A DNA stretch of 52,423 nt, filler included, from Streblomastix strix (lineage: Eukaryota), in the NCBI GenBank assembly GCA_008636045.1. It is 2 parts of 2 records of this genome, joined end to end, with 100 filler letters (N's around TTAATTAATTAA, not from the genome) between each part and the next. Parts side by side here need not be neighbours in the genome. Positions count along the whole stretch, not along the records: positions 1 to 26,184 come from SNRW01000177.1; positions 26,285 to 52,423 come from SNRW01000178.1. One strand, 5' to 3'. Below are positions 12,340-26,285 of the stretch, piece after piece. Position 1 is the stretch's first letter. Each line of letters begins with the position of its first letter. Both the position numbers and the translations under genes were made by a program. The notes below the pieces were generated by a model. It saw only the letters and a program-made list of their open reading frames with translations, searched no databases and was not told where the DNA came from.

Positions 12340-12629
12340 TAATAAAAAAAACACTTTTCAGCTTCAGTCTTCAAATTATGAGTTTGGTTGCTACTACGAA
12401 AATAGTACTAACTACACTCTTTGATATTTCAAAAAGAATAACGTTCAATAATGGAATGAAATTGGCTTTGAATCTGTTGAAATTTGATTCAGTTGAATCA
12501 AAAGAAAAAGTGAAAGAAAGAAGGTGTTCAATGGGACATAGTTCGAGAATACGCTTATTAAGATGATGAAAATGAAAGCTATATTTTAGCTGCAAAACTT
12601 CTTAATGAATGGTTGGTCTTTATTTCATG
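12340..12629 (+). pseudogene. Fragment of a helical-repeat-like host gene (mirror 13556-13845, minus)
   Basis: NNGMKLALNLLKFDSVESKEKVKE, frameshift, GVQWDIVREYAYQDDENESYILAAKLLNEWLVFIS-TGA. Family not identified with confidence. Confidence 0.3.
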
Positions 12630-14173
12630 AGTTAATAAATCCTTTCAAATAAGACAAATAATGAATACGAATATTTATTTATTTATTAACAGGAATGTGT
12701 TTTATATGATAAATAGTATCTGAGTAAATTTAGAATCATAACTGAGATAAAAATTAAGAATAAAGAAAAACTTTTTTTAATTTTTTTCGATAACGGGGCA
12801 TCGTACTTGATTGTACAATTAAATATCTTTAAACATATATAGGATGATAACGCGAACTTATACCGCTCAATTATTAAATGAATAAACCAATATTTACAGT
12901 TTTTTAGAAAGATTAAATAGGGCATTTTTCCCGTGGAAAACTCCAATGACTTCCACGCCAGCCGCGAGTTACTTGGCGTGGAAAATCCCATAGAAAAAAA
13001 TAAATTTTTTTTTTAAGTTTTGAGTTTTTTCACATTTTAACATTATTAATTATATTATTTAAATTTATATATAATATTTAATGTAGTTAAATATCTTAAA
13101 TATCTTTGTTGAAATATTTGCAAAAAAAATTTTTTTTGTTAAATTTTCTTGAATATTTCAGGATTATTTAATATTTATTATAAAAAAAATGATTGAATTA
13201 TATATTTTTTGAAGAAATACATTAAGTTTGAGATGGTTAAAATTTTTCATACTGTGATTTGTAAGGTTTTAATATTTCTAAAAAACTGTAAATATTGGTT
13301 TATTCATTTAATAATTGAGCGGTATAAGTTCGCGTTATCATCCTATATATGTTTAAAGATATTTAATTGTACAATCAAGTACGATGCCCCGTTATCGAAA
13401 AAAATTAAAAAAAGTTTTTCTTTATTCTTAATTTTTATCTCAGTTATGATTCTAAATTTACTCAGATACTATTTATCATATAAAACACATTCCTGTTAAT
13501 AAATAAATAAATATTCGTATTCATTATTTGTCTTATTTGAAAGGATTTATTAACTCATGAAATAAAGACCAACCATTCATTAAGAAGTTTTGCAGCTAAA
13601 ATATAGCTTTCATTTTCATCATCTTAATAAGCGTATTCTCGAACTATGTCCCATTGAACACCTTCTTTCTTTCACTTTTTCTTTTGATTCAACTGAATCA
13701 AATTTCAACAGATTCAAAGCCAATTTCATTCCATTATTGAACGTTATTCTTTTTGAAATATCAAAGAGTGTAGTTAGTACTATTTTCGTAGTAGCAACCA
13801 AACTCATAATTTGAAGACTGAAGCTGAAAAGTGTTTTTTTTATTACCCAGCATTGAATACTTATCCTAAATATATTTTTAAACAATATTTTTACCGTTAA
13901 AATTTAATTTAATTATTCTTTACTAATATAAAAACAATTTAATTCGAAATAAATCTATATTTGACTTTTTAATATTTTCATTCAAAAAACGCGACAAACG
14001 CACTCCACAAAGCACAATATAACTTTTTATTACATAAATTTTTAAATAAGTAAGAGCATGACGATATATTTCAAAAAGTCTAACAAATATAATATTAATT
14101 GATATTGATACATAACATTCTTCCTGTTGTTATTATTATACTCTTTTTCATTTATAGAAAAATTGTTAAGAAA

Positions 14174-16584
14174 ATGCTTATTAGAAATAATGATATTCAG
14201 AGTCCATTCATTTCTACTTTTAGTGGTTTATCATATGGTGTACCAATCGCAGTGGTGAGTGGAATTCTTGGAGGTAAGTCAAACAATTATATGCTATACT
14301 TTTTCTATATATCGTACCTTTCCAAATTTAATTATTATAATTTAGATATTATTTTATATTTTTATTATTTATCTTTAATTTCATTCTTTAATATCATACA
14401 CAACCCAAATTTTTAAAGCTTTCTCCTACCACTCGAGCATTTGTGAGCTCATCATTAGTTTTGGGTATAACTTTTGGAGCTATTCTTGCAGTCATACTAA
14501 CAGAGCATATTGGAAGACGTCTAATTGTCATAATATCTGGATTTAAATCTTTCATCTTCGCTGCATTATTATCAGCTATGTTTCAAGCATCAGCTATTAT
14601 AGGAATGCGTTTATTACAAGGTGTTGGTATAGGATGTATTTGCACTATATCATGTATATATGTAATGGAATTAGCTTCAGATAAGTACAAAGAAACTTTT
14701 GTATTCCTCTTCTAAGTTAGTATTTGTAGTGGTCATGTTATTGGGTATTTAATGAACATCATATTCAACTATGTTTCTTCAAGATGGAGGTTTATATTTG
14801 ATAATAAAAATAGTATTTATTTAAAAATAAATTAAATTAAATATTTATTTTACTCATTATTTGTATTTCTCCATTATAACATTTAATACATCAAATAGAT
14901 ATGAATTTGCCATTGCTGGTATTCCAATACTAACTTTGGGTATTGGAGGAATATTCTGCTAAGAAAGTCCAATGTGGAAATAGAAGAAAGAAATGAAGAA
15001 GAAAAAAATGATTGAAAAAGAAAAAAATTAATAATAATAATAAATGATTGATATTAATAATTCTTTTGATGATAATAATTAAAACATCGAGAAATAAACA
15101 AATAATAAAAGTAGTTATAATATGAATAATAAAGTTATAAATAATAATGAGAAGTGTAATGAAATTATTAATGATATTGATAAATAGAATGAAAGAAATA
15201 ATCAATAATTAAAAAATGAGAATAAACAACATATTTAATAATAAAATATGAGAAAAAAAGTATAAACTTAATTACAATAAATGATGTACAATGCTAAATT
15301 TCTACTTGCTAATTGTAGGTTTATATAATTCATTTATTTTAAAAGAATAATTAAAATAAAATTTGAATTGATATTTTGATATTTTTTAAATTTGTAAAAC
15401 ATTTTGAAGAGAATTGATTGTTGGAGCAGTTCTGGCTTTCTTTGATTAATTCACTGGTCTGCAAATTAATCTTAAAATTCATATATACATTTTTTTTTAA
15501 ATTTTATAAATATTGATATTTTAATAAAATTTATTAAATTATAATTCATTCATTCATTCATTTACTTTTATTAATTCTTATTCAGGCATCAACGTAGTTA
15601 TATTCTATATACCCATGATATTAGAAATGGCCAAACTGACCCAAAGACTCAAATTGTTGTCTGTAACATTGGGAATTGGTGTTTGGAATGCCTTACTCAC
15701 TTTACCACCATTAATTTTGGTTCGTAATTTATATATTTTTAACTTTTATATATATTTTCATTTCATTTATCATTTTTTAATATTTAGTTATTTGCTATTA
15801 TAATATTTCATTGTTATTATATTCAACATAATACTTCAACTCATATTGAGAAAACAGGTCGAAAATCAGTTCTTATTGTTGGATCAGCGATTCAAACAGT
15901 TGGAAGTTCGATAATTGCAATTGGATATTTGATACCATCACTTGTTGATAGAAATCTTTAATATGTACTTGCTATACCAGGTATTAATAAACATATATAT
16001 AAATGCATTTACATTCATTATTAAATATTTTATTGTGTTTATAAATGTTATATATTAATAATTAAATCGGTTAAAATTTCTTTATATAATTTTATTTTTT
16101 TTATCAACTTATTTTATTTTATATTGTTGATTTTTATATTTTTAAAATTTAGGCCTCATTATATTTATAGCTGGATTTGAATTTGGTATTGGAGGAGTAT
16201 TTTATGTCTTAATAGCAGAAATGTTTGTATTTATATGAAATCAATTAAATTTATTCGAAATTATATTATTATATTCAATTATTAATAAATTTATTAATTA
16301 CTAATCTAATAATATAAAATAAAATATATTATAATAGAAGTATTTATTATTAATGAATGTAATTCTATTATATTTATTACTTATTATTTATGATCAGGTT
16401 TCCATCCAAAGTTGCAGGTGTTGTGACCAGTATGAATATGCTCATATTATGGATATGCACTGTGATAGTAGTGACTATATGAACCTCTCGCTAATGTATG
16501 AGATTAATGAATAATTATGGAATTATTATTTAATATATATTATTTATTATTATAAGTATTATTTTTATTATTATTTATTATTAT

Positions 16585-16631
<47 letters not shown>

Positions 16632-17456
16632 TTTATTAATTATTTATTAATTATTGTTTAATTTATTTTATATCATTTTTATTTATTAATTATTGCTTTT
16701 TTATTTAAATATAAATTATAAAATAAACAGGATACTTCAGCAGGAGCTGTATTTTCTGGTCTATCTGTGGTTTACTTGTTATTTATATTATTGTAATATT
16801 TCATTTAATTTGTTATGTTTATTTTTATAGAATATATAATTTTATTGATTTCAATTATTTATTATTATTATTATTATTATTATTTATATTATTATAATTA
16901 TAATTATTGTTATTATAATTATTATTGCTATAATAATAATAATAATAATAATTATTATTATTGTTACAATTATTACTATTATTATTAATAATATTTTTAT
17001 TATTATCTCTTTATTTTTTTCATATAGATCAACTTGGTTCTATTTTTATTCTCAACGTTCATAGTTCTTGAAACAAAAGGAAGGTAATTATGGAAAGGAA
17101 GATTAGAAGAAGGTGAAATTGATTAAGACAAAATAAATAGGGAATAATTTGAATAATAGAATATTGATTAAATGAATTAATAAGATAATTAATAATAATA
17201 AGATTTATAAGAAGATTGTTTATAATAAGAAAAACATGACGGATTAGAAAATTAAGATCAAAATTAAATGAAAATTGAAAATGAACAAACAACTGAAGAA
17301 TATAATATTTATGATTATTCGAACAAACATTTAATGAATTAAAACGAATGGTTCTTCGATTATAAATAAATTATTAAAAAAATCATTCATGAAACTCTAA
17401 TTTTGTTACAGTACAAAGTGACAATCTCACTCTTTATTATAAATAGAACGTTATGA
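14174..17456 (+). CDS. MFS sugar porter family transporter, multi-exon, one apparent frameshift
   Basis: Spliced motifs: EHIGRR, RLLQGVGIG, IYVMELA, ESPMW, DQFTGINVVIFY, EKTGRK, LIAEMFPS, ETKGR. GT-AG introns. Frame break near 16474-16481. Stop position is approximate. Confidence 0.88.
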
Positions 17457-17844
17457 TAAAATAATGAGATTATAATCATATTAGCAACTTATTACTTTGT
17501 TTCATTTTTCAGTAGAATTTATTTTCATTATTTTCTCTTTATTTTGTTGATTCTATCATCTTTTTTTTTACTACATTTTTTAAACATTTTTTGTCTTTTC
17601 TTTTTTATAGGCCATAATTTAATTTCATAAGCCTAGAGTTCTTATTAATTGTAGTAAATTGAAATTTTATTTTTATTAATGTTCATTTTTTAAATGAATC
17701 TTTTTGATTTATAGTCGAAATTTCCTTCATTTTCAACTGAATTTTGACCACTAACTCAATAATATATGTGTTTGAAAAAGAAACGTAAATTAAATATTCA
17801 AACAAAATAGCAATAAAAACAATAAATATTTCGCATTTATAAAA

Positions 17845-18567
17845 ACTTTCATAACTCATTTATATAAAAAAATCAAAAGTGATCGTAAATTAGCTGAAAA
17901 TGTTTATGCAGTTGAGTATAAGAAATAGAAATTTAATTGTAGTACTTGTGTTTAAGTTGCATATGCAGTACCAGACCGATCTAAGTATGTTTATGTGAAT
18001 TTATACTAGAATTTCATAGTACGTTGCTTGGATAGCAGTAAATTTCATTTCGTTTATGGAATTACTGATTCAATGATGTTAGCTGTTGCTGGTAACCCAA
18101 ATAAGGATAATAATCAAGGATTTTCTGAGATTATTACTGATTAATAATTTTATGATGAAAATTTCTATAAATTCTTCCCAGATCCTAGTAAAGGAGTTTA
18201 TGATGAGATAAAGTTACTTAGTGTGGCGTATGAACAATGTATATCATCGTTAGTTGCTTTTGCACCAAAAAAATATTGGTTATTTGAAGATTTTGATAAG
18301 AAACATTCTTAGACTGTGAAATTAAAAGGTCTTAATTTGAAATCCAATCCATAAATTAATAAAGAATGATAGAAAGATAAAACTAGGAACTGAACTGTAG
18401 AATAAGGTAAAAATATTTCATTAGGATAACAAAATGGGAAAATGAGTTAGATTGAAGTATTTAAGAATGGTATTGCTGGCATTTATACGAAGATGATTGT
18501 ATAGCCTAACTAATGTTGTTGTCCGTTTGTTTGGTAGTTAACTGCTGATGAATATTTAGTTGTATGA
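17845..18567 (+). pseudogene. Mirror copy of pPolB C-terminal fragment
   Basis: YGITDS at 18055-18072, TGA at 18565-18567. Confidence 0.85.
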
Positions 18568-19227
18568 TTTTATTAACAAATTTATAGTTTTATTTTTGTT
18601 TATTAAAATCTTATTAAGGAACGAAATTTACGTGCTCGTAAGAATAAAACATAAACATAAATTCTTGATGAATTACTCAAAAGATTTGATAAAATCAAGA
18701 AGTAAATAGAAATTGCTATAGATTTTATGAAATTATCGATATAAACCATGTTAAAATAACCTCGTCGATTAAACCTTACAGATTTTGTAGATGAAATATA
18801 AATTCAAGATAATGACAGAGAAATACCGGTTATCATTGAAAATACTGATAAGATTCAATATGGTGGCAAAATTATTTAAGACTGGTTTGATGATTATATT
18901 TCAAAAGAATTGTAGAAAGGTAAGAAGAGATAAAATATTAGATTACCATAAGAAAAAGCTGAGAACTCATTACATTCGCGCTCTAAAGAATAATAAACGA
19001 ATCTAAAATTTTCATTCAAATCCAAAGTGAAAGCATATGAATAAGTACATGGAGTTAAACTAAAGGATGATAAAAAATAAATAATAGTTCCCGATTATTA
19101 AATTAAATAATTACCATAAAAATTTGGAAGATAACATTTCTCATATGACATTAGTTCTTAGGAAATTGAAGTAGTAATTTAAATGAAAGCATAATTAGTT
19201 AGAATTAATTAAATATATTTTTACTGC

Positions 19228-20803
19228 TCTACTTCCTATGTATAACGTTATATTATTGAATATATTCTCAATCAATATAACTAGTGCCTATATAACCATA
19301 GTAATTTCCATTTGATTAATTTATAGTTTGATTTTGGAAATTCAATGAATGATATAAATCTGAAGATGCTGAAACTAAGTCTTACTCAACAAAATATTCG
19401 ATCACATATCCAGTAACCATTGGATTCAACGATACATATTCTTAATAAATAAGATTTCATTGTTCAATTTCCAAATTGAACTTCTAAAAAAAACAGGGAA
19501 AAACCAAGTTGAATATTAGTGCATAGCAAATGTAATAAACAAAGCTTTGATATTAGAATATGACATTATACTCCGCTTAGAACTACCATTTTCTGAAAAT
19601 CCACAAAATAGGAAGTTACTTAATTATATACGTATTATTTACGTTAGGAAATTCGATATTTTTTGAAATCTTATCATATCAATGATTGTTTTTTCATTTT
19701 CCATGTTGAGACTCACACAATATTAATATCTAACTTAGTGAATCTAGCATCCTTAATTTATCATATTGAATTTGAAGGTCTTCTTTCAGTATCTGTATTT
19801 CCTTCCATATTAATAAGTCTTACTGAAAATGCTTAACATGAACCTCCACTTGTTCTTAGTAAGTAAACAATATCAGGTTTCTCAGGTGGAAGCATTTAAT
19901 AAGCAAGATATTAGTTAGATATCGTATTAGATTTATTTAACCATACAACTTTCAAATGTTACAAAAAATCTTAAGTCTATAACTATAAATATAACGATGC
20001 GTAGTTACGTGTTAACACTGGAAATGAATTGAATATTGGATTTAACTAATTTAAATCAAGTACACCAGCAGTTGTTATTGGATATGGAATTAAATAATTA
20101 AAACTTGCAGCTGCAAAAACTAAAATAGGAATATCTATGAAAATTCCACAATGTCTTCCTCCTTCAACTATTGACTCTAATGATGATACACTGACAGAAT
20201 TTTTTGTACATGAATATGATAATGAATTTGCAGCTATAACAGCTTATTCTCTAACATAAATCGATGTTTCCCACAGATTTGTATTATCTTTACAGATTGC
20301 TATTTATTAGAATGAGCCACAAGCTGTTGAATAAACAAGCCAGAACTTAATATGCTCATTGGTATAAATTGGCATTTTAGTTTGCTTCAGCACCGCATTC
20401 CATTGTGCGAGGCCAATCTGCTTATTAATTCTCCAATCCATTGAAATTTACTCTAGTTCTTGCTCTTACCTTTGAACCTAAATCTTCTAATGGTGGAACT
20501 AAATTATGTTATAGTGCCAATCTCTCTCCAGGAATTGTTATTTACCAACAGACTTAACATGATTGTACCATATAGCAAGTTTCCTGAACCTCTTGCACCT
20601 AATGGAGCTCTAGTATATATTTATCCATCACTTGTAAGTTAAATAATAAGTTAATCAAAGATTTCTTATCTAACTAGATGAAAACTCTATGGACGATTAG
20701 ATGCATATCTCCATACTTCAGATATTGCTTAAAATGAAGATATATAATCAGAATGCTAAACGTGTACTAATTTCTATATATAATCATTAGTTCAGAAATT
20801 CAT
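19228..20803 (-). pseudogene. Mirror copy of probable major capsid protein
   Basis: Reverse complement of 5382-6957. Confidence 0.7.
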
Positions 20804-20892
20804 ATTAGTTTGATTTACTTAGAAATTAAAACAATAAGTAAGTTTTATTATTCAAACAAATATTCCATTAAGAAAATCGAATTAAATTCAAT

Positions 20893-21099
20893 ATGAGATT
20901 CTTCTCTAGTTTGAAAAATTTCAGATCAAAAATATTTGGTGGTATTAAGAAGGTAGCAGATTGGGTAGCCCCGACTTTACATAACGCAATGGGAACTTTA
21001 AGTGGACCAGTCAGTATGTTACATTCAGGTGCAGGTTAGATCAAGGGAACTATAGGTAATATAGCAGGTGGAATAGATATAAATTTAAATAAAAGATGA
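20893..21099 (+). CDS. Mirror copy of protein VI-like ORF
   Basis: ATG 20893, TGA 21097-21099. Confidence 0.65.
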
Positions 21100-21921
21100 C
21101 TGCTTTCTTCGTCATTGATAAACCAATGATAATTAAAATTAATTTTAAAAATACAATAAATTTTTAAATTATTTTTCTAATAATAAACTCAATTATCATG
21201 TAAGATTTATATTACTTTGCATAAACACTAGGAAAAGAAAATAATGCTTCTGATTATTAATTGTTAAAAATATTTGAAGCATTGATTGATGATAAGGAAT
21301 TAGATGATTTTCAATAATAGTTCTATGATTAGAAAAAATAAGAATGTAATGAAAAATTTAGTCTGATTTCAATAAAAACTTATGAAATCATAGGTTATCT
21401 TCACAATTAAGATATGATAAGCTAAGTTAATTGATAGTATCCACAAAATAGTTGATAATCATTATCAAAAATAAATTAATTATGCATTTATTTTTCAACA
21501 TCACTTGCTTCAAATATAATATATTTCTTTATTTATTATGATAGCTGATTCAAATCCATCTTCTTCTTGATTTGATTATATTCATTTCCATAGTACTTAT
21601 TATTTTCACTATATATTTTAATTTTATAGTCTTCATCATAAACAAATTATTTCATTGACTATAATTTACTCCATTATACTGTCAATTACTTAGTAATTCT
21701 TATTAATTCTTTAAGTAATAAATGTTATGAATCTTATTTACTTTTCATCAGCAGATTTTATAATGTTTCTATCGTTATTCTTATTAAATCTTCATCTTCA
21801 TAGTTTGTTTTTGCAAGTTCAGTGAATAACTATTTATGCGGTTTTGACATATTTCTAGGAAAAATAAACTGAATATATCAGCTTGCAAACGAAGTTAGTA
21901 AATTCAACAATGATGTTGTTT

Positions 21922-23965
21922 TCATAGTACTCTTCCATTGAAAGTTAATGTGTTTCCATCAGCGGATATCATTAATCCTCTATCAGTCTAACCTTCTTAT
22001 CCTGCTTTTACTATGGCAAAACCAAGTGGATTAAAATCATTAGTTCGAGATGCTCCTATCAGCCATTAATTATCAAAACAACCAGAATTTGAATTTGGAT
22101 CACTATGAAATTATGTTTTACTCCATTTGTTGGTCGGGTGCCTACTAATTCTTGTTCCTTCGTTAAATGTGCGACCAACTGTTGGAATTACTTATATTAA
22201 TTTTCCGATTGTATTTATTCCTTTAATTGTTTAATTTGTGGCTACATCAACAAATCTATTATCATTAAATGTTAATGGGTATCCATCTGCACCGATTCGC
22301 AATCCTTAATCTAAATATTCTGGTTAATGATATAGACAAATTACAAATACATTATTATTTATTGTTGTACTCCATTATTTTTCATTTGTATTTATTCTAC
22401 TATTTTTATCACATCTGAAGCATATTCCACTTGCCGTATTATAAATTGAATCTGAAATTCTTATTCTTTAATTATATGGTGCGCTTTATTCAGCATTACC
22501 AATTGGATTAATTTATACAGAACCAGTTTGTGTATTTGTAAATAATTAATATATGCCACTTTACCCGGTAGGTAATGCTGATTATGAATCAATAGTAAAT
22601 ATATCAGTAATATTACTCTAAAAAGCACTTATGTCTGTTTATGGTATGAATGTATTATAAGCAAAATCATCAATTCGACACCATAATTCTACCTATCTAT
22701 TTAATCCAGTTCCAAAATATATTATCCATGCACTATTCAAACCAGATGATAACGATGGGATAAACTAATACTAATATTTGTCTATCTCTGTATCTTTGGT
22801 CTAATGTTAATTAAATTATATTTTTCCAAATCTTGTTCTAGTATTTATTTTGAATCTATTGAATTATCAAAAGTAGCTTTTAAAACTATAAATGTTCATA
22901 ATTTAATATTTAATGATTAATCAATAACTTGATATGTTTTATTTGCTATAGCTACATTTTTAATTTCTCCATTTGCTAATAGTATTTCGTAATCTGTTCC
23001 TCCTGATTTAATGAATTTGTTGCTGTAATGTTTCCATCGTATGTCAATTATTAAGGATGAATATGATCATGTCTTGAATAATATGCTGAAGTAACATTAT
23101 TTCCAACTCCATTAACTACTGGTACAATTGAAGCATTAGTTTAGACATTAATAGGATGGGAGTGATCATTTCTAGCATATGAATCAACAGCTCCGTATGA
23201 TCCATCAGCAGAATCAATAACTGGAATAGTATCTGCAGTCTAAGTTGGATGTTAGTGGTCAGGTCTAGCGTAAGAACTAGTTGTGCCGATATTACCAACA
23301 GAAGTATCTTTACATGGTAAACCATCACTAACTTATAGTAGATGCTTATGATCTCTTCTAGAATACTCGGTTGAAGATCCTGCAACTCCAGTTCCACTAT
23401 CAGCTAATGGAGTAGCATCACTTGCAGGAGTTACTTAATCAGGAACTATATTTCCAAAGTTATACCAATTCTAATCATACATCCATACAATTCCACTTTC
23501 AGCACTAAATGAAAAATCACCATTGGCAGAGTTTTCTAATTATCATATATCAGTATTCAATAAATAGTATCATCTAAAATATGTTTATCGATTAAGTTCT
23601 TCATTAATTAATTCAATTTATTATTATAAATCGTCAATATCTTATGTGGCAGTTCCAAATGTCTATTATATTACATTACCTTTTTATTCTAACGTAGATT
23701 TTTTTGCTAAGAAATCACTATTTAATAAATTTATATTCGTCAATGTCTCAACATCATTTATTTCCAGTTTCATAGCATAGTTTTAATGATTATCTATTAA
23801 TGTATATATTAATGAGTTCTAATCATCAACTTTCATTTAATATTCACTTCCTGATAAGTAACTATTGGAACTTGATGATTTTCTTGAATATTGTATCAAA
23901 TATTGGAAATCTGATTATATTACTGAACGAATAACAAAGATCTATTAATAACTCAAGGTTGTAGC
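21922..23965 (-). pseudogene. Mirror copy of fibre-like gene
   Basis: Reverse complement of 2220-4263. Confidence 0.7.
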
Positions 23966-24012
23966 TAATGTTATTTCGGAATATGCAAAAATAAATCAAC
24001 TCCAATATTTTT

Positions 24013-24951
24013 CATTTGCTTTTTAGTATTTCTTAACGATTTTACCATTTATTAAGAATTATGAATTCAAATTCATTAAAAGTTCCATATAATGACATAA
24101 ATTCATTAAACTCAAGATTCTAAATAAAATTCTCTTTATAAGCTTGTTTTAAATCACTTTCTGATAGACTAACTCTTAAACACATTATATATGATAATAT
24201 TCAAGCAGTTTTAAATAAGTAATTTGGACGTTAGTCAACGAAAAAAACCTGTATTTTTTAATATATCTACTGTCGGAAACTAAATAAATTATAGCCCAAG
24301 CTAATCCAGAAGAGAATCTTTATATTTCAGCCTTACTTCCTATGTCATCAAATATTAACAATGAATCTAATAGGGAACTATGAAATAATATAGGAATCTT
24401 CGTTATTTATAGTTCCGCATCCCTATCATCTTATGATATTTCTATTTTTCTCTCGAATTATACGTTATGAATCATTGCAGGAATAGTAAATCTTATTATC
24501 ATTGTTGGAACACTATATTTCGTTATGATATTAATGCTTTCTTAACGAAATATATAAGCAATTCTTCTTGCATAATCTTTAGGTTTTTCTAATTATTATT
24601 CAGGTGTTGCAGAAGCAATTCGTGTTACATTCTATTTTATTGGATTATTTAGGAAATACATAGCTCATCATATGATATATTACTTAAGATTATATTCTTG
24701 AAGTTTAGATTCAAAGCCATAGTCTCTTCAGCACCAAAATTAGAGAAGTACAAAATGAATGGATTGATTCGTTATTTATAAATTACTATTAGTTTACTTA
24801 ATAAAGTTGTTTTTCCTGAACCAATTGCACCAACTAAATAATGATTCTCATTGATTAAGAATAATGAATTCCTTGTCAATGGCTTAGTTTTAAATTAATC
24901 TAACTTAAAATTATCGGTGAATGTTAAGGATTATATCTCAGATAACGTCAT
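24013..24951 (-). pseudogene. Mirror copy of packaging ATPase
   Basis: Reverse complement of 1234-2172. Confidence 0.85.
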
Positions 24952-26184
24952 TATATTTATTATAAAACAAAAGTATGTTAATTATATTAATAATAGTAAT
25001 TAATTCTAAATTTTATGGAGTTAAATTCATTGCATCTATAATTTCATTATCAATTCCTAACTAATTAACTTAGATAATTTCATTAATAAAACAATTATGG
25101 AGTTATTTTGATGTGAGTCTAGTTCCTATTAATATAATTATATATATATTTCAGTTTGTTTATCGTCGAAGAAAGAAATCAAAAATTGAATCATAAAAGT
25201 AATCTTAAGAAAAACCTAACATTAATTAAATAAATTATTTTCATTGGTCTAAGTATTCAAATGAATAATTAGAAGATTTCATTAAGGAAGCAATAGAAAA
25301 ATAAGATGATGAACTTGCTAAGATGTGGAGATATATATTGTATTTAAAGTTATTGAATCTTAAAACATATGATAATGGTAAATGAAGTGAGTAAGAAATT
25401 CAATTTATTAGTTGAAGTTTCAAGCACCATTTTTGATAAAATAATTTTCATTAATTTCCACATTTAACGAAGATGGAATTGATATATGATAGTTAGAATT
25501 AATAATAATAATTCCGTAATAATTGAATATATTATCCAGATATTAATTAATATTTGCTGATGAAGCTGTTAAATGTTACATATATATAAGGTACCAGTAA
25601 GTTTGGGAATAAAATCATCGCCAACTGTACCCATTGTATTAGCATCTGCAGTAGTTCCACCTGGTGATGCCCAATGAAGATATTCATTTATATTAACTAT
25701 TCCACTAGAATGTAAAACTAATGAGTCTTAACTTGAACCAACAACATCATCAGCAACATGAACTATCTTCTTTTGGCAGTTATTGGTGCAATAACTTAGC
25801 CATTGAATTTTAATTAACTACAACCGAAATCAATAATTAAGCCTTTAACATCATATGTTTAATCTTATTACTTTTATATTCTAAATTATGATGAAGTTGA
25901 ACCAACTTTCCATACACCATCTCTATCTGTAGGGTAAGTATTACAATCAGTGAGTACAAAACTATCACAATTCGCTTTATTTTCATTTGCCTAATATCTT
26001 AATCTAATATGCTATCACTCGGTTCAATAATCAATTATCTCATCGCATGCGGATAACGTTTTGGTAAAAAAATCATCTTTGTCTGATGTTTCTCCATTAG
26101 CATGTAATATTTAATTTTTAGCACAATCAGTTTTTATAAAATAATTTTCAACGATAGGTTAAGTAAATAATTTAGTTTCTGTTA

Positions 26185-26284
26185 NNNNNNNNNNNNNNNN
26201 NNNNNNNNNNNNNNNNNNNNNNNNNNNNTTAATTAATTAANNNNNNNNNNNNNNNNNNNNNNNNNNNNNNNNNNNNNNNNNNNN
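26185..26284. other. Artificial contig linker N44-TTAATTAATTAA-N44
   Basis: Exactly 100 nt with a central 12-mer that puts TAA in all six frames. Confidence 0.97.
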
Positions 26285-26285
26285 T

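Larger units (their letters stand above)
1..12910 (+). repeat. Left arm of giant inverted repeat (palindrome)
   Basis: Base i pairs with base 26185-i. Window start TAACAGAAACTAAATT is the reverse complement of 26169-26184. Every ORF in the track lying wholly within an arm has an identical mirror (e.g. 2788..3069+ / 23116..23397-). First mismatch is at 12911/13274. Confidence 0.98.
13275..26184 (-). repeat. Right arm of giant inverted repeat
   Basis: Reverse complement of 1-12910 in all spot checks, including pseudogene lesions and microsatellites. Confidence 0.98.
17845..26184. mobile_element. Mirror copy of the Polinton-like virus relic
   Basis: Reverse complement of 1-8340. Confidence 0.88.

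Noticed and set aside
15404..15408. Apparent in-frame TGA in the transporter
   Set aside because: Falls in the intron just before the acceptor TTGAAG. The spliced frame reads NCRELIVG.
1..26184. Palindrome as viral TIRs or a hairpin viral genome
   Set aside because: The arms include an intron-containing host gene and whole decayed viral genes, and the centre is not viral.
26229..26240. TTAATTAATTAA as a biological site
   Set aside because: Centred in a symmetric N-run, so a synthetic linker.
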